From positions 52,702,001 through 52,766,000 of the forward strand of contig NC_087437.1 in NCBI RefSeq assembly GCF_036321535.1: a stretch of 64,000 nt of DNA. Direction: 5' to 3'. Position 1 is the first letter of the stretch. The number at the start of each line of letters is the position of its first letter. The position numbers and the translations under genes are program-made. The notes under the pieces were generated by a model that was given only the letters and a program-made list of their open reading frames with translations, did not search any database and was not told the origin of the DNA. Below, piece after piece: positions 46,041 to 59,299 of the stretch. This stretch comes from Camelus dromedarius. Lineage: Eukaryota.

Positions 46041-48330
46041 TTTGTAGGTCTTTTTTTTTCTCCCTTTCTTCTTTTTGTTCTCTTATGGTTTGATGACTAG
46101 AGAATTTCCTTTAACAATTTGTTGTAAAGCTGGTTTGGTGGTGCTGAAATCTTTTAGCTTTTGCTTATCTGTGAAGCTTTTAATTTCTCCATCAAATCTG
46201 AATGAGAGCCTTGCTGGATAAAGTATTTTTGATTGTAAGTTTTTCCCTTTCATCACTTTAAATATATCTCGCCACTCCCTTCTGGCCTGTAGAGTTTCTG
46301 CTGAAAAGTCAGCTGATAGACTTATGGGAATTCCCTTGTATGTAACTCATTACTTTTCCCTTGTTGCTTTTAATAGTCTCTCTTTATTTTTTCCATTTTA
46401 GTTACAGTGTGTCTTGATGTGGTCCTCTTTGAGTTGATCCTGCTTGGGACTCTCTATGCTTCTTGCACTTCGATGTCTGTTTCCTTTCCCAGGTTAGGGA
46501 AGTTTTCAGCTATTACATCTTCAAATAGGTTCTCTGCCCCTTTCTTTCTCTCTCCTCTTCCTGGATCTCCTATAATTCAAATGTTGGTACATTTGGTGTT
46601 GTCCAAGAGGTGTCTTAAACTGTCCTCATTTCTTTTTATTATTTTGTTTCTTTTTTCCGTTCAGCAGTGCTGGTTTCTACTACTCTGTCTTCAAGCTTGC
46701 TGATCCATTCCTCTGTATCGTTTAATCTACTTTTATTCTTTCTAGTGTATTTTTCATTTCAGTTATTGAATTACTCATCTCTGTTTGGTTCTTTATATTT
46801 TCTAACTTTTCAATAAAAAAAATTCTACCTTCTTACTCTATTCATCCAGTCTTCTCCCAAATTCTTTGAACATCTCTATGTTCATTACCTTGAACTCTTT
46901 ATCAGGTAGATTGCCTTTCTCACCTTCACTTAGTTCTGCTTCTGTGGTTTTATCTTGTTCCTTCATTTGGAAGATATTCCTCTGTTGCCTCATTTTGCCT
47001 AATTTGTTGTTTTTATTTCTATGTCTCTGGTAGGTTGGTTACGTTTCCTGACCTTGGAGAAGTGGCCTTTTGTAGGGACATCCTGTGCATTCCAGCAGCT
47101 CACTCCCTCTGGTCACTAGAGCTGTATGTTCTAGGGTCCCCCCTATATGGAATACGTGGCTCCTTCTGTTGTGGCAGGCTGACTACTGTGGGCAGTCTGG
47201 TAAGTGTTGCTGCCCTCTCCCGGTCTGGTTGGTAGCTAGGCCCTGCCTTGTACATAGGCTGCTGGCCACTGTTTGGTGGGGCTGGTCACAAGGCTGCTGG
47301 GGGGGTCCCAGAACTAGTGCTTTCCCACTGATGGGTGAATTCAGGTTCTGAAGTAGCTGTTTGTGGGGCTGGTGATCACAGATCCAGTGTCAGCCTGCTG
47401 GTGGGTGGGGCCAGCTCCTGTCACAGCTAGCTGTGGGGTCCAGGTGTACCAAAGTTGGTGTTGGCCCGCTGGTGAATGGGGCTGGATCCCAGGTCAGCTG
47501 GCTGAAGGGTCTAAGGTGTCCTGGGACTGATACCAGCCTCCTGGTAGATGGGGCTGAGGTCCAGGGAGTTTGGGGGCTAGTGCCAGCTCACTGGTGGGTG
47601 GAGCTGGGTTTTTGGGTCTCTGGCTGCAGGACCCTGAGGATCCCAGAGCTGGTGTTGGCCTGCTGGTAGGTGCCCTGGGTCCTGGAATGGGAGGCTGCAG
47701 GGCTTTGGTGGTCTTGAAGCTGGTATTTGTCTGCTGGTGGGCAGGGAAGGAGTCCAGAGGATCCTGGGGCTGATGTCTGCCCACAGGTGGGTGAGGCTGG
47801 GTCCTGGGGCTAGTGCTGGCTCTCTGGTTGGTGGAGCCAAGCCCCAGGGTCTCTGGCTTCAGTGCCAGGTCCTGGGCCCTCTGGTAGACAGAGCTGGGTC
47901 TTGGAGTGGTTGTGGGCTCAGGGAGTCTTAAGGCAGCAGGCTTGCTGGTAGATGGGACTGTGTCTCTGCTTGGCTAGTTGCTTGGCCTGAGGCGCCCCAA
48001 TACTGGTGCCTAAAGGCTAGTGGGTAGAGAAGGGTCCCAGCTCTAATAAGCTAGAGGGAGGATTCCAAAATGGTGCTTGCCAGCACCAGTGAACATGAGG
48101 TAGAAGGAGCTCCCCAAAATGGTGCCACCAGTGTCTTTGTCCCCACAGTGAGCTCCAGTTGCCTCCTGCCTCTCTAGGAGACTCTTCAAGATTAGCAGGT
48201 GGGCCTGCTTCTGCCCTGGGTTCCAGAGCATGTGAGATTTTGTGTGCACCCTTTAAGAATGGAGTCTCTATTTCCCACAGCCCTCTGAATCTCCCAAAAG
48301 TAAACCCTGTTGGCCTTCACAGCCACATTT
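46041..48330 (-). mobile_element. L1 5' UTR plus ORF1 (degenerate)
   Basis: Reverse ORF1 text (ttgtaaagctggtttggtggtgctgaa...cttctggcctgtagagtttctgctgaaaagtcagctgatag), followed by a GC-rich tandemly repeated 5' UTR with ccaaaatggtgc YY1-like motifs. Confidence 0.85.
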
Positions 48331-49199
48331 GTTCTGAAGGTAGTGTCTTCAAGGGCTGGGCAGAGCAGGAATTGAGACAAGTCAGAACTAGACATGCCCA
48401 GAGGGTCAGTAAGAATCTGAAGGTTGATGTGATTTTGTAACATGGGGTAAATTACTGGAATCCAGGGTCATAATCCTGCAGGCAATCTAGAGTATCTGGC
48501 CAATTTATAATATAGTCCCTGAGGTCCTCCAAGAACTGAGATCATGTGGTTAGGTTTCTTTACATCCCAGCTTCCAGCAAGAAGCAAAAATACAGTAGTG
48601 TAAGTGGTGTAGGGAGCCATGACCTATCCCCCCCCCCCCAACACACACAAACACAGAAGCTGCAGAGGTCACCCAAGACTGCCATTTGACAAGTGGGCCA
48701 CTAACTGGATAGGGGCCAAAGTAGTTCCTGGGCAGTATAGGTTGGGTTAGGGCAAGTAGTAGCTCGGCCAGTGTCCCTTATCCCTCACTCGCCAAGAAAC
48801 CAAAAACATGATTTGTCAGATTTCACCACAAATCTCATTTTATGTTTCTACAAATAGCTAAATCTTCAAAGGAAAACAAAACACAAAAGCAGGCCAGCTA
48901 GAGGGACCTCCAGTTAATTGTCTGGCAGTAGAAGAGGGAACATTTGTGAGAAGAGTCTCTGTAGCTACCCTTCCACTTTCACCAGCCACACACAAGGTGC
49001 TGAGAACTGAGTGGGACCACTTTCTCCCCTGACTCCCAGTTCATCCCTTCTGGTCAGGAAGTCCTGATTGGTCCTAGAATTTCATGTGATTCTTCTCCTT
49101 GTGAGGTTCTCTTTCTTTATAAGGGGATCCAAGGTAGGTTGTGGGCATGGTTTTACAGAATACCAAAAAATACTGAGAGAGAAATAAAGGGAGAGCAAA

Positions 49200-51100
49200 T
49201 AAAATGGATCTCATAGTAAAAACTATTTATGTAAAATACCTGCTTATATTTTTTAAAAAATATGGAAGGATAAGCCATAGCATGTTTTGAAATGTTATCT
49301 GTAGAAGAAGGGAGGAAGAGAGTGGAGAGGAAAGGAATAGAAGGTAATGTTTATAGATTTGACTTTTCAACTAGGTAAATATTGTACATAATTTAAGATT
49401 TAAAAACATTTAAAGATTGAAAGAAAAATAAATGAACTTTACTGTAAATCAAGTTAGTGGCGAAGACACACAAAGGGGACCTATTTCGAGTGAGTTTAAA
49501 ACATAGTGATTTAATTAGCCCAGTGAGATATACCCTTAGGACAAAAAGAACTGCTTAAAGACTTGTAAACTGTTTATGGCAATCATATTGTTGGTAGTAC
49601 TGTTGGTATTGTTATCCTGAGACTGTTGAATGTGTATTGTGGGGTGAAGAAACTGAATAACTATGTGATATTCTAGTATCATTTCCAGTATTGCTGAGAA
49701 CCAGGATTCTTAGCATGTGGAAAAGAAAATACAGATGTAAGACAGGAGTTAAGTATAAACCCTGAATCTGAATTTGAAGTATCATCATAAACTCATGATG
49801 AATTTATCTTAGAAAAAAGAATTTTCTAGTTGCTTCCACTTCAGAGGCCTAAAAACAATAACCAAGGAGTAAAAATGAGCCACTGGCACTCAGATTGTGA
49901 TCTTAAAATACTGATTCCTACTAAAAGTAGCTAGGATTCCTTGGAGAAAAGGCCAATTCCATGTTTGGGGCAGCCTGCCACATCGAACAGAACAAGAGTT
50001 GTCAAAGATCACTAAGGTCTGGTCAAAAGGGCTTAGATGCCAACTTAAAGAGCCTCCCACTGGCTAAAAATGGGGTGATTTGTGTATCACATCAATATGT
50101 TTAGTCAACATCAGTTCATAAAAATACAAAAAATTAATTTGTCACTGTGGGAAGATTCAAGTGAACAATCCATTATTTTGAGAACTGCTAAATAAAGAGA
50201 ATTATCATTTACTCTGCTTTTCCTTTATGAACTATACCACTGAGTAACCAAATAATAGAGAAAAGTGTTTCTTTATGAAAGTATTCCAGCTAATGAACGA
50301 AAAGGGCATGCTAGCCTTTAGTAACGCCATTTGGAAGTCCTAATGAATTAATGGATCTAGTTATTGATGTTCAAAAGCTGCTAAGATCACAAATGGAGAC
50401 AACCAGATATCATGTACCTCCTCATGGGAGATCACAGTCTGCCAGGAAAAGAAATTGACTTGAACATGATCAGGCCTCTACATCTGCTTAGCAACTTACA
50501 GGGAAACAAATCCAAGGATGGGTAGAGAAACATGTTAAATGGCCCCATGGGAATACAATCAGCGATATTCAGATTGTGGGAAACTCTTCAGGACAAATGT
50601 CCTTTTCTTAAATAAATTTCAAGGAAAAAAAGAGGGAAAGAGGAGAAACCTAGTGTAAAAGAGAATTAGGAGATATGTCACCAAGTCACAATATAGAGAT
50701 CTTTTTTGATCATGATTCAAGCAAATTGTAAAGCATGTACATACAGCACATAACATAACCTTTGAGATGACTGAAAACTGAACACTGAATATATGATAGC
50801 ATTAAGGAATTATTGTTTCTATTTCTAGATATTGTGTTTTTTACTTTAAAAAATGTAGCACTGTTTTAAAATTATTTAATGTCTTCAAAATTTAGTAATG
50901 CTTACTAAATAGTTATAAATAAAATATTTGAGATTTTCTTTAAAATAATATGGGAAGGAAGCAAGTAGCTGGAAGAGTAGATGACAAGCATGGCTTTGAG
51001 TTGATTATTGTTAAAGATAGTAATGAACACTTGAGAGTTCATCATACTATTGTGTCTCCATCTATATAGTTTTTAAATTTTCTATAGTAAAAAGTTAAAA
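49200..51100 (+). mobile_element. L1MC-type 3' region
   Basis: gcctcccactggctaaaaatgggg; aattaatggatctag; ttgagagttcatcatactattgtgtctcc...tttctatagtaaaaagttaaaa. Confidence 0.75.
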
Positions 51101-51119
51101 CAATAAAAGAATTTCCAAT

Positions 51120-52440
51120 TAATATTTTTAAATGGCCATACTACCCAAAGCAATCTACAGATTTAATGTGATCTCTATCAAATTACCCAGGACATTTTTC
51201 ACAGAACTAGAACAAATAATCCTAAAATTTATATGAAATCAATAAAGACCCAGAATTGCCAAAGCAATACTGAAGAAAAAGAATGAAGCTAGAGGCATAA
51301 CCCTCCCAGACTTCAGACAATACTACAAAGCTACAATAATTAAAACAGAGTGGGGGGAGGGTATAGCTCAGTTGTGGAGTGCATGTTTAGCATGCACAAG
51401 GTCCTGGGTTCGATCTCCAGTAATTCCATATCAAATAAATACATACATACATACATACTTACATACTTAGTTACCTCCCCCATCCAAATACAAAAACAAA
51501 AACAGGGTGGTATTGGCAGCAAAACAGACATATGAATTAATGAATCAGAATAGAGAGCCCAGAAATAGTCAATTAATCTTTGACAAAGGAGGCAAGAATA
51601 TAAAATGGAGAAAAGACAGTCTCTCTGACAACGGGTGTTGGGATAACTGGACAGCTGTATGTAAAGCAGTGAAGTTAGAATACTCCCTCACACCATACAC
51701 AAAATAAACTCAGAATGGCTTAAAGACTTAAACATAAGATGGGACACCATAAACCTCCTAGAAGAAAACATAGACAAAACATTCTCTGACATAAATCATA
51801 GCAATGTTTTCCTAGGTCAGTTTACCAAGGCAATAGAAATAAAAGCAAAAATAAACAAATGGGACCTAATTAATCTTATGAGCTTTTGCACAGCAAAAGA
51901 AACTATAAACAAAATGGAAAGACAAACTATGGACTGGGAGAAATATTTGCAAATGATGCGACTAACAAGAACTTAACTTCCAGAATATACAAACAGTTCA
52001 TACAACTCAATAACAAACAAACAAACAAACAAACCAATAAAAAATGGGCAGAAGACTTTTCTCCATAAAGACATACAGATGGCCAAGAGGTACATGAAAA
52101 GATGTTCAATATCACTGATTATCAGAGAAATGCAAATCAAAACTACAATGAAGTATCACCTCACACTGGTCAGAATGGCTATCATTAAAAAGTCCACAAA
52201 CAATAAATGCTTTTGAGAGGGTTTGGAGAAAAGGGAACCCTCCTACACTGTTGGTGGTAATTTAGTTTGGTGGAGCCACTACAGAAAACAGTATGAAAAT
52301 TCCTTAAAAAAAACTAAAAATAGAGTCACCATATGATCCAGCAATCCTACACCTGGGCATATACCTGGAGAAAACTCTAATTCAAAGAGATACAGGTACC
52401 CCAACAACATTGTAAATCAACTATACTTCAATTAAAAAGA
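51120..52440 (+). mobile_element. 5'-truncated younger L1 (ORF2 3' part plus tail) with an internal deletion
   Basis: aaatggccatactacccaaagcaatctacagatt through gatccagcaatcc, then the terminal caacattgtaaatcaactatacttcaattaaaaa. Confidence 0.92.
51352..51500 (+). mobile_element. Vic-1-type camelid SINE nested in L1
   Basis: ggggagggtatagctcagttgtggagtgcatgtttagcatgcacaaggtcctgggttcgatctccag. TSD aaaacagagtgg (51342-51353) / aaaacagggtgg (51499-51510). Confidence 0.9.
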
Positions 52441-52949
52441 AGGAATTACCAAGATTCTAAAATTCCACAAAGAACTCAAACAAGATGTATACTAAAAAGA
52501 TTTCGTTCATTTTGCTCATTGATGTCATTGGTGCCTTTTTCAGAACAGTTTCAGTGGAATAGTGAGGACAGGAGACAGTTTGCAGCACGTTAAAAAGCAA
52601 ATGATTCAGAATACCTTTATGCCCTGGAGTTAGCAGGGAATTTTTCACTCCCTCTTTCTTTCTACATTTACTGTTATGGAAAATTACAAACCAAGAATAA
52701 AGTAAAGTGAGGATAGAATAATGAACCTACATGTACCTATTACCCAGCTTTAGTAATACATTTTGCCAATATTGTTTCATCTGTACTCCTCCACCATTTT
52801 TTTTTTGATGAACCAATTTAAAGGAAATCCCATATAGAATTTAATTTCACTTGTGAATAATCCAATATTCATTTCTAATTGTTAAGGACCTTTTCTAATA
52901 AACATAAAACTATTGGTACACCTAATAAATTTAAAAATAATTTAAGGAA

Positions 52950-54010
52950 AGATTTCTTAGCAAGGTATAAAAGCACAAATCACAAAGAGAAAGTTTTTAT
53001 ATTTCTTAACATTTAGGATTTAAAAATTCTATTTAACAAAGATCATCACAAAAAATGGAAAAGATAGACTGAAAAAAGATAAATGCGTATAATAGACAAA
53101 GATTAAAGAGCCACAACATATGAGTAAGAAAGCAAACAATCCAATAGAAAAATTATCAAAGAATAATAGATAACTTACAGAGGAGGAAATTTAAAGTGCC
53201 AACAAACTTGTGGAAAAAATGCTCACTTCTCTGGTAATCAGGAAGAGAGAAATGAAGGCCATAGTGAGATGCCATTTTATATCTTTCATGTAGACAAAAT
53301 TTAATCTGATAAAACCGTATGTTGGCATAGATGTGAACAAATGAGAATTCTAAGGTACTGCTAGTAAGAGTATAAATTGTACAGTTGTTCCAAGAAATCT
53401 GGAAACATCCACCAAAGCTGAGAAAGAGTACACACCCATGGCCCCGCAATTCCCCTTCTAGGTATAGAGCCCATGAAAACCTTGTGTATTTGCATACGGA
53501 AACATGTACAAGAATGTTTATTGCAACACTGTTTGCAATAGAAAAAAAATGGGTACAACCTAAATGTCCAACAATAGGAAGACAGATAAATAAATTGTGC
53601 TTTATTAATGTAACGGGACACTAAATGGAAGTTAAAATAGAATGTGTCAACTTTGGAAAATGTGTTGAGGAACATAAAATGTTGGACAAGTATAAAGTAT
53701 CACGTTAGTTATATAAAGTTTGTAAATTGCATGCATTGTTTATTAATACATATACATATAAAATAATAGTATGTAAATATGGGTGGGAATGATGGATACC
53801 AATTTCAGGTAACAGTTACCTCTTTGAAATGAGTGAATACAAGGGGCTTGATTCAACTGTATCTTAATATTTTATTTTGTTTGAAGACCTATGATTAAAA
53901 CCTAAAAATCTGAAAAATTAAGAGATAATCAGGCACATGAATGTTTATTATATTTTTCTGTGCTTGAAATTTTGCTAAAATAAAAAAATGACAAATTAAA
54001 AAAAAATTTA
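52950..54010 (+). mobile_element. L1ME-type ORF2 end/3' region
   Basis: caaacaatccaatagaaaaat; aacatgtacaagaatgtttattgcaacactgtttgcaatag. Confidence 0.75.
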
Positions 54011-54519
54011 AAAACCAAAGAAAAATATAATGAATTATAGAGATGAGGAAGTGGAAACAGTGAGGCTCTTGTCTTTGAAGTCAAGGAGAGAGGATAGTAG
54101 CAAGAAAAGGAAGAAGGGCCAAACTCCTAATGGAGCCACAAGTTTTGAATTGCTGGCAGGTTGAAGGCCAAGCCATGCCTTTTCATTTTTTATGATCCCT
54201 CTCCAGCTTGACAAACAATACTTGGCAAATAAGTAAGCATTCTATGACTTTTGCTGAATGGGTGAATAGAGTTAACAGCCAGAATTGCTTCCAGAGAAAC
54301 AGTTGGCATCAATAAGATATATAGTTGAACATTCCTTTTTAACAAGGTGGCTTAGAATTTCCTGAGTACATTACTCTGGGGACAATTGCTTCCCTCTCTA
54401 AAAAGCCATATCCTCTGACTAAATGAAGATTTCTGCCACACTAGCTAGCACTGATTACAATTCAGCATCCTTTCTTGATTAAAACCCTAACATAATTAGA
54501 TATCTGGGTTTTAAAAAAA

Positions 54520-55450
54520 ATAGCTTTATTGAAGTATAATTTTCAGTCATAGAATTCAGCCATTGTAAGGGTATAATTCAATGACTTTTAATAAATTTAT
54601 AGTTACATAGCTATCACCACACTCTAGTTTTAGAATATTTCCATGCCAATTTGCAATTAATCTCTCCTCCCACCTCCAGCCCCAGGCTACCACTAGTTTT
54701 CCATCTGTTTCTATAAATTTGCCTCTTCTGGACATTTCATGTAAATGGAATCATACATCGTGTTTGTGTCTGGCTTAGCATAATGTTTTTGAGGTTCATC
54801 CACATTGAAGCATATATTAGAATTACATTCCTTTTTATTGCCAAATAGTATTTGATTGTATGGATATATGTTATTTTGCTTATCCATTCATCAGGTGATG
54901 AACATTTAGGTGGTTTCCAGATTTTGGCTGTTATAAAGAATGCTGCTATGATCATTTGCATACTTTTGTGTGTGTGTGGATATGTTTTCATTTCTATTGG
55001 GTAGATTCATAGGAGTGGAATGGCTGAGTTTTATGGCAAATTTATCTTTTTAAGAAATTGTTCGACTGTTTTCCAAAGTGGCTGTAACCATTTTACATTC
55101 CTCACAGCAATGTGTGAGGGTTCCAGTTCTTCCACTCCCTCACTAACACTTGTTACTGTCTGTCTTCATAACTATAGCAGTACTAGTGGATGTGAAGTGA
55201 TATCCCATTGTGGTTTTAATTTGCATTTCCCTAATGACTACTGATGTTGAACATAAAAATTTTCATCTGCCTATTAGCCATCTACTTGTTTTTTTTTTAA
55301 TGTTTATTCAAGTCTTTTGCCCATTTTTCAAATTGAGTGTCTTTTTATATTGAATTGTAAGAGCTCTTTATATGTACTGGATACAAGTCATTGAGCAGAT
55401 ATATAATTTGCAAATATTTTTCCCATTCCACAGCTTGCTTTTTAAAATAT
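54520..55450 (-). mobile_element. L1MB-type 3' end
   Basis: agctttattgaagtataatt...tttgcctcttctggacatttcatgtaaatggaatcatac...gtggttttaatttgcatttccctaatgac. Confidence 0.88.
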
Positions 55451-56059
55451 TTTTCTTAGTGATATCTTTTGATACTATGGAAGTCAATCTAAGTTACCAG
55501 AGATATTTAATTTTAAACTAAAGCAAAATTTCACAGTATAAGATAAAAATTTATTATATTTCTCTGGTCTATTTTCATATACTAGAAATGCTGTGTAAAC
55601 ATTTTCTGTTTACAATAGTAATAAAATTTTTACCGACTGGACTGGGAAACAAAGTGATTTATTCAAAGAAAAACAGCAAAGGTCTAATGGGATAAGTGAT
55701 GGTAGGCATGAATAAAGAAGAGAGAAATCTTGGTTAAGAAGGATCAATATAGTGAAGATGACATATTTTTAAAGTGAATATATAGATTCAATTCAACAAA
55801 CATTTTTAGTTTACATATTAATAATTCTATTCAATATGAAACAAAGTATAAGACATCATCTTCTATCTGAAGAAATTTACAAGTATTGAGACACTGGAGT
55901 CACTGTGGGAAAGAGTTAGCTTGAATTTCTACCTCATGCCATATGCTGTAATAAGCCTCAAGTGAATCAGCAGTTTATTCACTCTATTTTGGTTATCTAT
56001 TACTGCATAGCAAATCACTCAAAACTAAGTGGTGTAAAACAGCAACAATAATTTGTTTT

Positions 56060-56635
56060 CAGATTTTCACCACTGAGTATGACATTTGCTTTATGTGTTC
56101 CATATATGGCTTTTAATATGTTGAATTAATTTCCTTCTAGTCATAGTTCATTGAGTTTTGTTTTGGTGGTTATGATCTCTTAATTTTTTTATTTTTATTT
56201 TTTGGAAAAAAATATGAAAACAAGTATATGTATGTAGATGCATGACTGGGTCATTGAGTGTTTTTAACATTGAGTGTTCATTTTGTTGAATTTTGTCAAA
56301 TGCTTTTTCTCCATCAATGGAGATGGTCATGTGGGTTTTCCCCTCCATTCTCTTAATGTGATATAGTACATTGATAAATAGATGTTGAACTATCCTTGCA
56401 TTCTGAGAATGAATCCCTCTTGGTTGTGTATAGTTTTTTTAAGATGCTGCTGGATTCAGTTTGCTAGTACTTTGAGGATTTTTGCATCAATGCTCATAAG
56501 GGATACTGACCTGTAGTTCTTTTTGTGTAGAGTCTTTCTCTGGCTTTGGTATCAGGGTAATGCTGGTCTCATATAATGAGTTTGGAAGTGTTCCCCCCTT
56601 TCAATTTTTTGAAAAGTTTGAGAAGAACTGGTGTT
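56060..56635 (-). mobile_element. L1 ORF2 (RT) fragment
   Basis: Translates [18 protein letters not shown], the L1 RT motif ([12 protein letters not shown]). Confidence 0.88.
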
Positions 56636-57199
56636 ACGAAAAGATCAGTTTGCCTTTTAACAAAGTGGGGAATATTGTGCTGGACTGCTTTGAATATATA
56701 TAACCAAAAGAAAGAAAAAAATCTTTTAGGCAATTAAGTGTGCCCTGTCTTTCCCAGTCTTTCCTGTTCCACTGTAAGTGGGCTAGGCCCAAGTTAGGAC
56801 AACACTTTCACTCCCAGGAATCATGGATGAGTGGATTCTCTTTTTCATTCCTCTCTAGAAATCAATTCCAGTGTCATTCCTTCATTTTGTTTTGAACAGA
56901 AAGTTAACTCCTACAACCATTCATTCACCTATTTCAGACTGACACTGAGAGGCTTTGGTCATTTCCAAGGTCCAAAGCTAATTCAAAAGATTAAAAATAG
57001 CCTCTTTGAGAATAACTTAAGATTCAGAATAAGACCTCCATAAGTGATCAATACTGTGGCTTATTTCTAAATGTTCCTGGGTTATGTGAGATGTCCCTAT
57101 AGGGTAAAAACTCCCCATACACTTGCTTAAGCTATCTGGAGTTGACTTTTGGTTGGTTGCAACAATAGACTTAGCCAATCGCAATCAATTTTGTAATAT

Positions 57200-57625
57200 T
57201 TCAGTTAACCCAGAAGGAAGCCCCACACCTTTTATCCATAACTCTTAATTTTTCTATTCTCCTCCATTCCTAGGCAACCACTAATCTACTTACTGTTTTT
57301 ATGGATTTGTCTGCTTGGGGTATTTGGAACCATATATGTGGTGCTTTTTGTCTGACTTCTTTCACTTAGAATAGTTTTCAAGTCTTATCCAGGTGTTTTA
57401 TAGCATGTGTCAGTTTTTAATTCCTTCTTATTGTTGAATAATATTCCATCATATGGATATGCCATATTTTATTTATTCATTCCTCAGTTGACTGACATTT
57501 GGATTGTTTTTATTTTGGGGGCTATTATGAATAATGCTGTTATGAACTTCAATGTGTAAGATTGTATGAAGACATGTATTTTTATTTATTTTGGCTATAC
57601 ACCTAAGAGTAGAATTTCTGAGTGT
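57200..57625 (-). mobile_element. L1M 3' fragment
   Basis: cctaggcaaccactaatctactt...gacatttggattgttttt...gctattatgaataatgctg. Confidence 0.8.
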
Positions 57626-57939
57626 TAAATTGTCCTTATCCTCCAGTCCTGCCTGCCTCTATTACTCTATTTTCCTGGCTTTGGCAACAGATCTTATCTT
57701 GCCCAACTTCTGACCTTGGCCAATAGCCTGTAGCCTATTTTAGGTTTTCCTTTTCCCATAAAGGACCCAGAGCTCCTTAGTTACTCTAGTTCCTCATCTC
57801 CATCTTACCTATCTTCATAGCTCCCAACAACTCAGCCCCTAGTCTACTTGCATGCTCAGTGCTGCCCCACTTCCCATACTCCATACTTTGAACTGTAACA
57901 GTTCTCAGTTTGAATCCTGACTCAACCACTATATGGCTA

Positions 57940-58135
57940 TGTGGTAATCCATTTCTTGAGGACTTACCATCTGCCAGGCATTAGGCCAGATGCTTTACAT
58001 ACATGATCTCATTTAATCTCAGCTCTTATGTGTTTTAACTGTTATTATCATGCCTATTTTTCAGATAAGTAAACTGAGACTCAGAGAGTTCAAATGCATG
58101 CCTGAGGTCAAGTAGCCATGGCCTCCATTCAAACC
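57940..58135 (-). mobile_element. MIR SINE
   Basis: atctcatttaatctc...cctatttttcagataagtaaactgagactcagagag. Confidence 0.8.
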
Positions 58136-59299
58136 TGTCCTCCTTTGAGAGCTGGGATATTGCCTCATTCTCTTCCCATCAAAACTTGCTGGTCCTATGG
58201 CTGACAAGTATAGATGAAAAATGTTTAACAGCACTAGTAAGGAAAAAAATGCAATTTACCATTCGTCCCTTAACAAATTGGCAAAGATTTTAAAAGTCCT
58301 TGGTGAGGATGAAGGGAAGCAGACACTGATGGACATGTGTATTGATAGTCTTTTTTTGGAGGTCAGATGAGTTATATGTAATAAAAGCCTTAATGATGTA
58401 CTTATCTTTTGGTTCTGGAATACCAAGTCAAAAAATTTATTCTAAGAGAATGTATGTGGACAAAGAATTAGCAATATCAATTCTCAATATATCTTTGAGT
58501 TTATAAAATATGTAGATCCCATGTTTATTTTTTCAAAAAAGAAAAAATATACACAGTATATGTAAATGCATGGAAAAATGTGCAGTAAAGCCACCAGAAG
58601 AAGATACTGATATGGGTGACTCTGAGTGGTGGGATTAAGAATGACTCTCTATTTTCTTCCTTTGCTTCTCTAAATTTAAATTTTTTCTTTAAGAAATATA
58701 TGCAATTTTAGGGAAAATATAATGCTGTATTTTTATTGTATATTAATGCTGAGATAAATTTATCTTCTTTGTAGGCAAAACAAGAATTCCTTTGTAGGGA
58801 GAAGTCTCACTTTGTTGGAATATCAGAGAAACTGATAGGTCTTTCTGAAACAGTAGCTCAAGTAGACAAGCTGGAGCTTGTCAGGAAATCCAAGAAGCCA
58901 AGCATGACCAGCCATGGAAGTGGGACCATGGAGGGGAGAGTTCTGTGAATAGCTATTGTTGCTACTACATCTGTGGGTCTGCAGCTAAGTATCCACTGGT
59001 GGGTCTAGGGCCACTGTTGGTCAGCAGGGAAGCATTTGGAAAGATGAGTTGTTCAGGGAGCAAAGAAGAGTGAGGACAAACAGGCACCTTCCAGGACCCC
59101 TGAATATGTCCTTCACTGTCTCTAATTCCTATGTCTCATCAGTGGTAAGTGGCTGTTGATTCACCTCCATCTTGCAAATGCTGTGCAGTTTCCTCTTTGA
59201 GTCATTTCTAACCGGGAAACATACAAGGAAGAGGATTCTAAGGATCATAGTTTCTAGTTTACAAGTTGACAACAGCACAATCTAGCATAGATTCATAGT

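Noticed and set aside
47380..47960. Repeat-spacer-like periodicity suggestive of a CRISPR array
   Set aside because: Eukaryotic context, highly degenerate units, contiguous with L1 ORF1, and no cas genes.
51352..51430. tRNA-Ala-like sequence (also at 20010-20087)
   Set aside because: It has a SINE tail and TSD and a degenerate cloverleaf, so it is a SINE head rather than a tRNA gene.
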